A stretch of 64,000 nt of DNA from Chrysomallon squamiferum (Eukaryota; Animalia; Mollusca): contig CM022672.1 of assembly GCA_012295275.1 (NCBI GenBank), forward strand, positions 22,382,001 to 22,446,000. The letters are read 5' to 3'. The notes below the pieces were generated by a model. The model was not told where the DNA came from, did not search any database, and saw only the letters and a list, made by a program, of their open reading frames with translations. Position 1 is the stretch's first letter. Every line of letters starts with the position of its first letter. The position numbers were made by a program, and so were the translations under genes. This document shows positions 44,585 to 57,300 of this stretch, piece after piece.

Positions 44585-47310
44585 ATGCATATAAAAGGGG
44601 TTATAAGATATTTACATCCACTGATGCCTGCTTTCATTGGCCTATGTTTTGGCATCACATTCAAACTGATGTATGTACCCTACAGTTATTACAGCTGCAA
44701 AACATACATTACCGGAGAGAGCTATACAGATATGGGCAGATTTCAAGAAACTAGGGTTCGGGATAGAGCTGTTAAGCTCCTCAAGGAGCCAGATCGACCA
44801 AAATATGCCTCAGTTGAATTAGGAATAAGAAAGAAACTATTTGTTGCAGTTCTGACATCAAAAGAAACCTTTCATATGTTCTGCATGGCTTTCAAGACAA
44901 CTGTTCATCGTCATGTGTCGAAGATGATGTTTTTCAGCAACAGTAAAATAGAAAATGTTCCTCAAGGGGTATCTGTTGTAATTTTCAGTGACAAACATCA
45001 GCGTCATGTTCCCATAAATACTCTAAAATATTTATCAAAACATTACACAAACCAGTTTGATTATTATATGTTTGTGACTGATCAGACATACATTCAAGCA
45101 GTGAGGTTGTTTGAACTTGTCAGCAGTATCAGTGTCAGTCAGCATGTGCATCTAGGTGCAACCAAAATCTCAGAAAGAGGAGAAAAGTACTGCTCTCCCG
45201 AAGGAGGAGTGATTTTATCTCAAGTAAGAACTTCTTCAGTGACTGGCTGATAAATTATGATTTTAATGGATATTTTCAGTAATCATTATCTGAGTTTGAA
45301 TCTTACTGTACTAAAGTGTAAACTGCAATAACATTAGCTGATAAAGTAGTATTTTCAGTCTTGAATCTTTTTTGCAAATTGTTTAAGAGGGAAGACTGTA
45401 CATAATAAGACAGAAAAAAAAAAAGGTTATAAGTATATTTTGAAAAGGCACCAAAATTATTATATTTAAAAAAAAAAAAAAAAAAAAATTTTCATTACAT
45501 TTTTTTCAAACTTGCTAAATATGTCATAACATTTTTTGTTGATTTTGTGTTTATAATACTGTACTTTTTTTTTTTTTTTTTTTTTTTTCTCTCTTTGTTA
45601 TTTATCATATCTTTTAGGATCAAATTTGCAAAATTTACCCTTAATAGAAAATAACTAAAATAATAATGTATAATAAAATATGTACTACTACAAATATATT
45701 TTCTTTTATCAGTCCCTGCTGTCTCAAGTGGTTTCACAAACTAATAGGTGTGCCAGAAAGTTCAGTGATAATCTCGGGATGTGTTTATTAATAACAACAG
45801 GAAGAAACTGCCAGGGTGTGGCCCAGGTAAATTTTTATTTTTTTATTTTTATTTATTTATTTTTTCTCTCTTCTTCCTTGTTGTTTTTATTTTCTTAATA
45901 TTAAAATAAAAAGTAAATAGTGCTTTATTGTTGTTTTTTCTTTGCTTTTTTATTAATGAAAAGGTTTATGAAATATTTATATAGAAAATACATGGTGTTT
46001 TTTCCTATTTTTTCTTATCATTTTTAAGTTAAGAGTGTGTGAAAATGTGTGTGTGTGTAATACAGGATTTCACTGTATAGACAATGCATATATTTGAATA
46101 CAGATTAAATCATACATAAGAGAATGCCACATTAAATTTGTAAGCTCTTTCAACTTATTTTTATTTTCATTTTGAAGGGAAAAGTATTTGGGCATTACAG
46201 AATTGAAAACTTTGATTTTGAATACAGATTAAATCATACATAAGAGAATGCCTCATTAAATTTGTAAGCTCTTTCAAGTTATTTTTATTTTCATTTTGAA
46301 GGGAAAAGTATTTGGGCATTACAGAATTGAAAACTTTGATTTTGAAAGGGACATTGACAGGTTGAGAAAAAATGAAAATTTTAACAACTCCATATCAGTT
46401 TACCCAATACCAGATGAAACTAACTTCTACAAGCTATACAGGTAGCCATTTTATTTTGTTATGTAGTATTCATTACATTACGACCATAATATTAGTTGTA
46501 TATATTAAATTATTGAACAATATATAAGAAAGCAAGATAGCTGAATGAGTAAGTAAACACTATAGCAGCCTTTTCCAAATATACTATAAGTAAATCCAGC
46601 ATTTTGCTACCTAGAACAACACCAAATTGAAGTATGTTTCAGTTATATAAAATGTGTACTGATTTGAATTGCATGTAATAAAATTTTATCTTTCTATTAT
46701 TTATTTATTTTTATATATATTTATTTTTTCTTGTTGTATTTGTTACAGATATTTTTGCAAAGTTGAACTGAATCGGACAAAAATGGAGATAGAACGTATC
46801 CAAGAAGATATTTTTTACATGAGCAGTTATTTACCTGGTGGCAGAGACAGCATAAGTTGGCCTCTAGGTACATTTTTATTTTGTTTTGCTGAATGATCAT
46901 TATAAAGTGAATTTCATTTTTTTTTTTTTCTTCAAGAATAAATATAGAAAAACAAAACAATAACTTGCCATTATTTCACAAACGAAAATTTCTATTGAAG
47001 CATAGGAATGTTTCTGTATATCTTCCCACTGTCAAAACTGCTTACTCTACATCAAAAGTGATGGGAGAGTTACAGTGATCAGTTAGTTCAGAAGCAAAAA
47101 CAAATATATATGTGTTATTCTATCATTACCATATTTATTGCAGGGGTTCCTGAACCATACAAACCAAAGACTCGTTTTGATGTTATTCGTTGGACTTACT
47201 TCACTGAAACACACATCTTTTTCAAAGATGATGTAACTAATGTGGAGGAACTGAAAGGTAGATAGATACACACTAACTTTGTTTATGTGTATATTTGTGA
47301 ATTGTGTTTT

Positions 47311-47345
<35 letters not shown>

Positions 47346-48688
47346 AAGAGAGACAGGCTACATAATTACTGGTAAAAGAATATGTGCTGAAATCTAATAA
47401 CTTACAATTTAATAATTTAGTTTTGTATGTTAATATTATCTCTAAATATTAACATGAAATTGAAATAATAAAATCAGTCAGCCAGTGATATTCAGATTTT
47501 TATTTGGTAAGATGCTTGATTTAGAAAAGTGAAAGAAAAGTAACAAAATTCTGTGTTTCATATTTGTATTTTATTTAAAAATGTACTTTTATTTTGAAGA
47601 TGTTGATAAAGAAGATACCCGGAAAGTCATCAGACTGTCAGTGGATCATTTAAATCAGAAATACAAAAACAAGGTTTCTTTACTCTAGACTCATAAATGG
47701 ATACCGCCGCTTTGATCCTCAGCGAGGTATGGAGTACATCCTGGATATTGCGCTGAATGACACGACAGATCAGAACAAACAAGTAGAAAAAAGAATTCAG
47801 ATAGTGCGACCTCTTGGTCATGTAGACATTGTACCTATGCCAGAAACAAGAAAAAACACAACAGTCAATTTGATTCTGCCTCTATCAGATGATGATGAAC
47901 ATGGATTGGATAATTTTCTCAGATCTTATACGAAAATCTGTCAACAAAAAAATGACAAAACTAACCTGCTGATTGTTTTAATTTATAGGTATGGTGGTAA
48001 TATGACTGATGTCTTTTCAGTTTTGAAATCAACAGTTTCATATTATGAAAGATTATGCAAAAATGGAGCAAAGATTTCATGGACCCCTCTGTACACCAAT
48101 TCATCGTACATTTCTGAATTTGCTATCATGGATGTTGTTTCACAGAAATTCTCTGAAGATGATCTACTGCTCATGTGCAGTGTGGGTATGGAATTAGCAA
48201 CAGAATACTTGAACAGAGTTCGAATTAACTCAATTCAAGAATGGCAGGTGTTTTTTCCAGTTGGGTTTTGGCAGTATAAGCCAAACCTTGTATACAGTCA
48301 CAAACCATATCCAAAAACTGTAGAAATAAAACCCAGGACAGGTCACTATGACATCCATTCTTTTGAACACTGCAGTTTCTACAAGTCAGATTATACTGCT
48401 GCTGTAAAAGTGCTGTATCCATATGATACACAGACACACAGTCTCTATGACATGTTTGTCAAATACAAGAAAGTTCATGTATTCAGGGCTATTGAACCAG
48501 ATCTCAGACATCGGTACAAATCATTCAAATGTGCATCCTCAATGCCAGAACCGATGTACGAGAGGTGTAAGAAACGGCGGTCAGAAGGACTGGCCACTCG
48601 TGGTCAGCTGGCTAAATTAGTGTTTGAAAAGCAGTTAAAGGAGGAACAACATCAATTGGAAATGTTGAAGAATAAAAAAACAAGATGA
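44585..48688 (+). CDS. CHPF: Chondroitin polymerizing factor / chondroitin sulfate synthase 2-like glycosyltransferase; exons 44585-45223, 45713-45826, 46302-46441, 46749-46867, 47144-47257, 47600-48688; apparent +1 frameshift near 47665-47675
   Basis: N-terminal signal-anchor followed by RPKYASVELGIRKKLFVAVLTS, SWPLGVPEPYKPKTRFDVIRWTYFTE, LINGYRRFDPQRGMEYILD, EYLNRVRINSIQEWQVFFPVGFWQY and HVFRAIEPDL, all CHPF/CHPF2-family motifs. Splice phases are consistent except for the frame break in the last exon. Confidence 0.9.
46093..46346 (+). repeat. 124-bp tandem duplication spanning the CHPF intron/exon (46302) junction
   Basis: Units start at 46093 and 46217 with TTTGAA microhomology at 46093, 46217 and 46341; I see only 2 mismatches. 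Confidence 0.95.
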
Positions 48689-50283
48689 ATGTTTGTCAGA
48701 TGAAATTAAATAAATTAAGATCAATGGTTTGTGTGGTGCATGCGTTCTTAATTACCCTTTTCTGTCAAGTGAAATGATTATGGATTAAGATGCCCACTGG
48801 AGGAATGTGTTTTGTTTTCATGTTACATAATATGATGTCATCTAACTAAACATGATAGTTGGATACTACCAATATGCATGTTGCCAAGATAGTGACAACA
48901 AATGTCATATTCACTGCTGTCAGAATTTTTTGTGGAAGATATGCAGACAGAAGTCTATAAAATACATATGAAGTCAGTAGTGAGTAAATCCACTGATACT
49001 CAAGATATTTGTAGTACTTGTGATTTTTTATTGAAATGCAAGTCCAGTCTACTTAGTCATTTTCAAAATACCTTTAATGTGTGTCTATATATATATTTTC
49101 AGCACTGTTTTATTTATTTTTAAGAAAACTGGTTATATTTTTAATTATTCATTAGCATTTTTTTTGTATCTCTTATAAAAGGAAATACCTTAATACTGAT
49201 GCATTTAAAAGATTCAGTGCCTTGTTTCATTATATTTCATAATAAACAGTGCCATGCTAATAGATAAATTACAATTATTTTATTTTTATACGTAGATGAC
49301 CAAGCTTTAAAGATTTTCTTTTGTTGTTGTGTTTTTGTTTTTATGAGGATGTCATAATGCCTAACTACTGTTACCTTATTCTTTGTATTTTTTAAGTTTC
49401 TATAATATTCTATTTATTCAAAGTAAGATAAGGATAATGGGTTGTTTTGCCTATAAAGTTTAATGGTTTCTACATTGTGTTTCAGTTACATGCAATACAT
49501 TTTGCTAAGCTTTGACTAAATATATATATTTGTTTTGCTTGTTTCTTTTTGATTATATATTTAAAACTAGAAAGTAAATTTTAGAAGTTGACCAATAAGG
49601 GTTTTTTCAAAATCTATTAACCCAAAAGTCATGAAAATTAACTTGTAGGTATTTATCCTACAAATACCAAAAATATATTGTTTTGTAAGTAATTTTTGTA
49701 ATTTGTTAAATATTTGCAACTGTTATAATGGCATTTTTAATTAAAACAAGAAAGTCATTGTTTTTGTGCATCTGTATATATTTTATGTTAACAAATTTTA
49801 ATATTAAAGATTATTAAAAGTTGTGTTTGATACTCTTTTAAATTAATTTAGTTTTTTTTTTTTTGGGGGTTAAGCTGTCAAATAGCTGTTGTTATTGTTT
49901 GACAACAAACAATCTACTATTTAAATCATATAATGAAGAGGCAGAACAACACTGCCTGTTATAAAACTAGTCTTGGACCACCAGCTGGAACATGAAATAA
50001 CCCAATGAATAGCACTTTATTTATATTATTCAAAATTTTTAACGGCCTATTCCAGTGTGTTGATAGTAAAAGGAAAATTTTATTTAAAAAGTTTATCTAA
50101 TAATAATTGTTAAGAAGAAACACTCATACTGATAGAAATCGAAGTTCATTTTGAAATTAAAATATTTATTATATGTTGATATATATTCACAGTAAAACAA
50201 AACAAAACATTTTTGGAAGTCAAATATAAGGTGTCTTGATCCATTTACTTAATTCTTCAGCTTTTGTTAAAATAATTTTATTT

Positions 50284-50320
<37 letters not shown>

Positions 50321-50624
50321 TTTTGTTGTTGTTGTTTTTTTTGCTTTAAAGCCACATTGTCTTGGCAAGGAAAATTTAAAGGCTGGTTTTAGAGTGTCAG
50401 ACATATTTTATAATAACGTAATGTATTTTTGCACTATCTAAGACAAGTTCTTTGTTAATTTTGTAATTAAAGCATATATTGTAAAAAAAAAGTATATCTT
50501 AAATTTGAAATAGTCTTATTGTGTATACTTCACATTTAAAAACAAAATACAATTACAGAATCCTCATGTCAACATAAACAACAAAATCACTAACCAACAG
50601 GGAAAATTATTAAAATAAAACAGT

Positions 50625-50630
50625 TTTATT
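50625..50630 (-). terminator. Candidate polyadenylation signal of the minus-strand gene
   Basis: AATAAA on the minus strand about 730 nt past the stop, followed by U/GU-rich sequence; AATAAA is common by chance in this AT-rich DNA. Confidence 0.35.
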
Positions 50631-50968
50631 GCATATTTATGCACAATAGTAAATAAATATTAAAAAGCAAAATATAATTTGTAAATTATATATATTTATT
50701 TATGTATAATTAAAACAATCTTAACAACATAAATATATTATGAAGACCAAGACAATACATACATTTTTTTTTTTGCTTTTTGTAAATAATATATATAAAC
50801 ATTTCAGATTTTTAAATATAATGTAAATATAAAACAAAATAAATTATAACATATATCACAAGTGTAAATTATATTGTCCAAATGATAAATATAATAAAAA
50901 AAAATAAAAAATTAAGCATTCTGAGCATACTCTTAATATTGTTAACAATGATGACATATCCAGTATTG

Positions 50969-51174
50969 GAACAGAAAGATAAGCTTTGATTACTGCCTGG
51001 TTTTTTTAACTTCTTTTTTTTTAAAAATTATTTAAAATTATAATCTTTTTGTGGGGTTTTATTATCAAAACAACAGAAAGATAAGCTTTGATTAATGCCA
51101 GTTTTTTTTCTTCCTTTTTTTAAAATTATTTAAAAATTATAATCTTTTTGTGGGGTTTTATTATCAAAACAACA
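50969..51174. repeat. ~103 bp tandem duplication in the presumed 3' UTR of the minus-strand gene
   Basis: aacagaaagataagctttgatta ... tttgtggggttttattatcaaaac occurs twice. Confidence 0.85.
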
Positions 51175-51357
51175 TGGTAAATAATATAAAAAATTCACAA
51201 AGATCTATAATAATGTTATAAAAAATACTTTTAAATATATGTGTACATATGATTTTATAAATATATTAAAATTATAAATATATATTTGTAGAAAGTGCAT
51301 AAAAATGCAACTAAAAATAAATTTTGGTTAATTTTCCTTCATCAGTAATTTGGTATT

Positions 51358-54300
51358 TTAGCACATTTCTTTTTCTTTCAGTTTACGGGCTCGATTTTTC
51401 TCCACATATTTTTGTTTCAGAAGCTTAAGAAGATTCTAAAAGAAGAAGAAAAAGAAGAAGTAATATTAGTTTGTTACAAAATTCAGTTTAATAAAAGACT
51501 TAGTTTTTTAATTTATTATTTTTATAACAATATCTGAATCAGGAATATGGACTGTAAAACAAAAGAGCCTCATTTCAAGAAAGAAAGAAATCCATATGGC
51601 CAATATGATTTATAATTGGGATTTCAAAAATAATTCATCAAGAATAAAAATCCATTTGAATGGCGATACTGATAATTAAAACAATTACAGTTTGCATTTA
51701 TTATTTAATAAATTCCAATATGAAAATATCACACCAAAACTCACAGGATAGGCACTGGTACATTTATAATTAATTAACTTGAGTCACTAAGTCAGTACAT
51801 AAGTTTTAAAGACAGCTGACTTGAAAAGAGAACTTCACAACAAATTACTATAAATTTTTATCACAAAATTATAATTCTTTTTGTGATCTTGATGAACAGA
51901 TTTATATTTACAGATTATTTAATTTAATAGAAATAAAAAATAAGCAATTGTTCACCTTAGGTACTGATTTCTTGCCAGGTTTTTCAGCTGCTTCTTGGAG
52001 ATCAGGAAGACTTATACCTTTTGCTAATAGCTCATCTTCAGATATTTCGATAACTACGGAGCCTCTTTCTGCATCATTTTCCTAAATAATTCCAAACAGA
52101 TTAAGTGAAGGAAAAAGAATGAATTTATAAATGAGTCATTAAGATCACTGATATTATTTTTTTTTAACATTTAGTAAGAAAAAAAAAACATTACCAAATT
52201 AATAAAAGCCATTAAAAAAGGTTAAGTTTCATGAAGCTAAAAATAAAAAAATAAAAATAATTTAACTTTTTTCAGTGTTTAATGCAAAAATTTGTTAATT
52301 TGTTATTAATGTTTCATTAGGACAGCCAATACATCTGTTTAGCCCCAAAGGATTTAGCATTCTGACAAATAAAAGCAAAGTTCACATTTTTACAAAAATA
52401 ATTTTAATATACATGCATACAATGTCACTACTGAGGAAATCTTTGTCAGTTTCATTTATGAATCTATTTCTTACTTCATAAATAATAAAGATTTTTTATC
52501 ACTCAGTCAGCTCCAAGTAATAAATTTGTTTCTGATTTTCATTACTGTTGTTAACATATATGGCAAGAACATCAAACGATCTTACTGTATATAACTGTAA
52601 GCTCTATAAAAGGCTCTGTTAGAAACATACCTGCCTGCCTGTGATTTGCATAGATTCTAAGTAGCACCACCATTCTGTTAATTATTTCATATGTTGGTTT
52701 ATTCATTGACTAATCACAAATACAAGCTTTTTTTCTCATATAATCTATAGACCCCCTACACACACACAACATTTAAGGCATACTGTTTTGCAATGATAGT
52801 AAATTATTTGTTTAATTATAAAAGACTTCAACTAATTAAATATTATATTATTCATTTAACTTACACATTTTGTTTTCAGGCAAGAAGACCAAGAATTATC
52901 ATTTTCATCATAATGCACTGTTTTTTTCCCTTGCTAGAATTTCGGAAAAAATTAATATGTCAGTACTTCTAGAGCATTTAACATTAAACATTTTAAAAAG
53001 TATAATTGTGTCATTTCTTGTGCTAAATGTGGATTCATCTTTCATTATATGATAAATATAAATGTGAAAAAGAAATTGGGTTTATAGAGGAAAAATACAC
53101 ACAGCAATGGCTTATTACTTGCTTCATGCGTTATCTAAAGGTTGAAATCTGAAATGGATTTGACTTTATTAAATAAAGATGAACAAATTCTCATTAAATA
53201 TCTAAATATACTCAATTATTTTATTTTGCTGTACTACATAAATCATAACATACTGTGATTTAAAAATAATAATAATACACAGGTATGATTCATCTGTGTA
53301 TATTACTAGTAGATGTAGGAGTAGCAGCAGTAGTATTAGTATTATTATAGTATTAGTATTAATATAGTAATAGTAACAATAGCAGTAACAGTAGTGGTTA
53401 TTGTAGTAGTAATAGCAGTAGTAATAACTGTATTAACAGCACTATACTAGTAAACATTAGTACTAGCAGTAGTAATATCAGTACTAATGACAGTGGTTGT
53501 TCTAGCAGTGATAGTTGTATATGTAACTGTAGTAGCTGCATTGAAAAGAAAAGTTAACAAGTTATTCCTGCATCCTGAGAACTATATTATGAGTAAACTG
53601 TTCTCATATGCATAGTTCAAATCTCCTTTGTGACTCACTGTCTTAGATTTCTGGTGAACTTTTGGTGATACAGTTTTTTTGGCAGGTTCTGGTTCCGCAT
53701 TTTCTGTTGTTTCTGATTCAGAGTCTGGTGCCTTTGTTTTCAAAAATAACAATTAATAAATTCTTTAAAACTAAACCTAAAATGATAATGTTATTACCAC
53801 TAATAATTTGTTAATTACTAATTAAATGCAATATATATGAAAAAATAATAATAACTCAACAGTAACATCTTAAACATCTTACGTTAATATGTTTTTAAGA
53901 AAACATGTGAAGAAATGCCTTGTGTTGTCTCTCAGTGTTTTAAATTTAATTATGATGAATTAGAACTAAGAATTATCTTTCACAAATTTTTTTTTTTTTT
54001 TTAATTTAGGGCAAAAAAAGAAAAATTAATTTGGAGACAAAGAATTTTTGACATAAATTTGAGTTAAATTTTTTTTTTTAAATTGTTATACCTTTTAAAA
54101 AAATATTAATAACAGTTTAACTTACAGCAATGAATTGCCATGAATCATTATCATGTATCAGTTCAACAAAAGGTTTTGTCCTCTGCTCCTTTATCATTAC
54201 ATCTCTATCAATGCCTGAAAATTCATTTTGGCTTGGTGTCACTATTTCTTCAAGAACACCCTCCTCCATAGCTAATAATCGCCTGGAATGTGGTGGTGGC

Positions 54301-57300
54301 TGTAACAATAAATGAAATAATAATAATAAAAATAATAATATGTACATGTGTACATACATACAATGTCCCTACTGAGGAAATCTTTGTCAGTTTCATTTAT
54401 GAATCTATTTCTTATTTCATAAATAATAAAGATTTTTAATCCCTCAGTCAGCTCCAGGTAATAAATTTGTTTCTGATTTTCATTACTGTTGTTAATGTAT
54501 ATGGCAAGAACATCAAACTATCTTTCTGTACATAACTGTATGCTCTATAAAAGGCTCTGTTAGAAACATACTTACCTGCCTGTGATTTGCATAGATTCTA
54601 AGTGGCACTACATTCTGTTAATTATTTTAGACATTGGCTATTCACTGACTAGTCACAAATAAAAGCTTTTTTTAACATAAAATCTATAGGCCCACACCCA
54701 CCCAAAATTTAAGGCTCACTATTTTGCAATATCCATGTTTTAATTTGCCTAGGCAAACTTTTAACAGATTCTCCAGACAAATGTCTATCCAACTGAATAT
54801 CAATATCTGGAAAAACATTAAATTTCATTTACAGTCTTAAGGGTAGGTTAAGTGTGAATGATAATGAAAATTAGTTAAAAATGTCAAGGGAAACATTTAT
54901 CTGTTGTAAAGGACTCTATAAGCTGAATATTTGTTTGAACTAGTTATATTAAGTCGAATAAAACTGCATTATTTCAGTCATCACAGTTGCAGTTTGCAGA
55001 TAAAGAGATAAGAGCTAAAATTTAAATCCTTTCTCAAAAACAATCTGTTGAATAAAACATCTATACATAAAAATAAAAGAGATTGACTTATAATAATATC
55101 ACATCAAAACTCTGTTCAGGGGATTAAGAACCTGCTGAGGGTACTGTATACATTAATAAAAAAGAATAGTATTTAATTTTTTTTTTTTTTAAGTCAAACC
55201 CGAAATACTTTTATTTTGCAATGTATAATTAATAAAACAGAAAACCTAAAAATCAAAACATGCAAGTCAGTTATAAAGAGCAGCTTGTAAATTAAACAGA
55301 AAAAAAATAACAAACAACACTAAAGTAAAAAAGTAGTATAAACTGTATTATACGCAATCAAAGAACAAAAGAGAAAAAATATACATATAAAAAACAAAAC
55401 AAAAGTAAAACAGTAATTTTAAACAGACTGTGGATATTTATTCCACCTACATTTCGTCCACCAAACATTCATCCACTGATTAACTTTGGTAATTTGTTCA
55501 TAAACCAGATTTATTAAATTATGGTTGACTCAGTATTTTTTATAAACATTAATGTTTCATCCAAGATCAGAATAAATTTACGTACATTTTGTTCATGCAC
55601 AAAATAAACATTATTTATTAATTTTGTTCATGTTATAATAATAAAATAAAACATTATTATTATTATTAATATTTATTATTATTATTCCATATTTTTACAG
55701 AGACAATACTCAGAATATGAAATATATTGCTCTCTGTGCATTGCTATATGCTACATGTTAACAGAGTAAAAACCAAGTGGACAGAATGAATGGTGGACGA
55801 ATCATCTCTGAACAAAATGTTTAGATAATAAACCTATTACAGAGTTGTTTATTTAATTTTGATTTTAGTTGTTAGGATTCTTTGTTCAAAACTTGCAACA
55901 TTCAGTATAACTGCATGTTTTTGGAGAAAGCTAAAGATCAAACTGTGATTCATAGACAGAATTCTCAATCATCTTACTATGAGTAGTTACTTATGATGAC
56001 CAGTAACCCAGTGATTGCTTCATGATCCCTATGCTATTCATTAATATCTGTGAGGAAAACAAAGTATTCAAGTGGACAGAATGTAAGTGGACAAAATATA
56101 CGATTGATGAACTGTCTAGAAAATAAAATTCCCCACTCACAGAAGCTTTTACTTTCACATACTCTAGGTGAGGCTTATTGTCTAAAATTTTTATCATAGG
56201 CACTTTCACATATTTCTTTTCTTCCTTTTTCTTATCTGCAATGTCTTTACAGATAAGTCTGCTTCTAAACTAAAGGGAAAAAAAATAAATCAAACGATTC
56301 AGAAGATTAATTCAATGGTGTGAAATTAAATTTAATCAGACAAATGTATGTTGATGCCTTCTTTCAGAAAATTCTGTTAGTTATCCTTGAGAAACTCTGG
56401 AATAATGCAGTGAATGTAATATTTTAAACTATTTCTTCTCACAATATGAAAATATGAAAAGAAAAGAAATAAAAATCTATTCTTTTACTATATCAAATAT
56501 CCACAAATGTTACGTTGTTGTATTTCTCCTTATTATTTTATTTGTTATAAGGTTACTACTGTTTTATTAAATTATCACTGGATGCATATATAATCATCAA
56601 TAATAATAAAAATGCAAAAGCAAACATGAAATGAAACTTGTAAAAGTTATAAGCTGAATAACACAAAACAACATCTGGATTTTATACTGAGAGAGTTTTT
56701 AAATTAGAAGAAATATATTATCTTTATAAGAATCACATACTGGTATAATAGAAAATTTTAAATACTATGTTTTATTGTTAAATATAAATATTAAGCGATG
56801 TGAAATATATCTATTATTCTTCCTTTTGGAACTAAAAATAGTCTTTAATATAAAAATGGAAAATTACTAGTTTAATAACCATATTAGCCAAGCACAATTA
56901 ACTTAAGAAAACATAACACTTACAAGATCATTACCCATATGAGCATCTGAACCACTGTAATTAAATGCTGGATTTTTTAATCTAGCTTCTGACTGCTGCA
57001 GATCCATTTTTACTCTACCATCTGCAACTTCTGAACCACACCCTTGTTGGAGCCTGTGTCCTCCTTCCTGAACGATATCTGTTCTGTTTTTCCATTTATT
57101 CATAGCAGTGTAGCAAGGCAAATTTGAATATCTGTTTGTTCTCTTGCCCTCTGGATGCAGTGAACCAGGTAATTCTTTGTCATGAATTATATGAGAAATA
57201 TTTTGCTGGCTGAACCTTACTGACTTTTTTTCTTCTGGTTCAAAAGGAAGAGTCCTTTCACTGAGATGATCCATCATTCTGTTCCTGTTTGCAACAGGTG

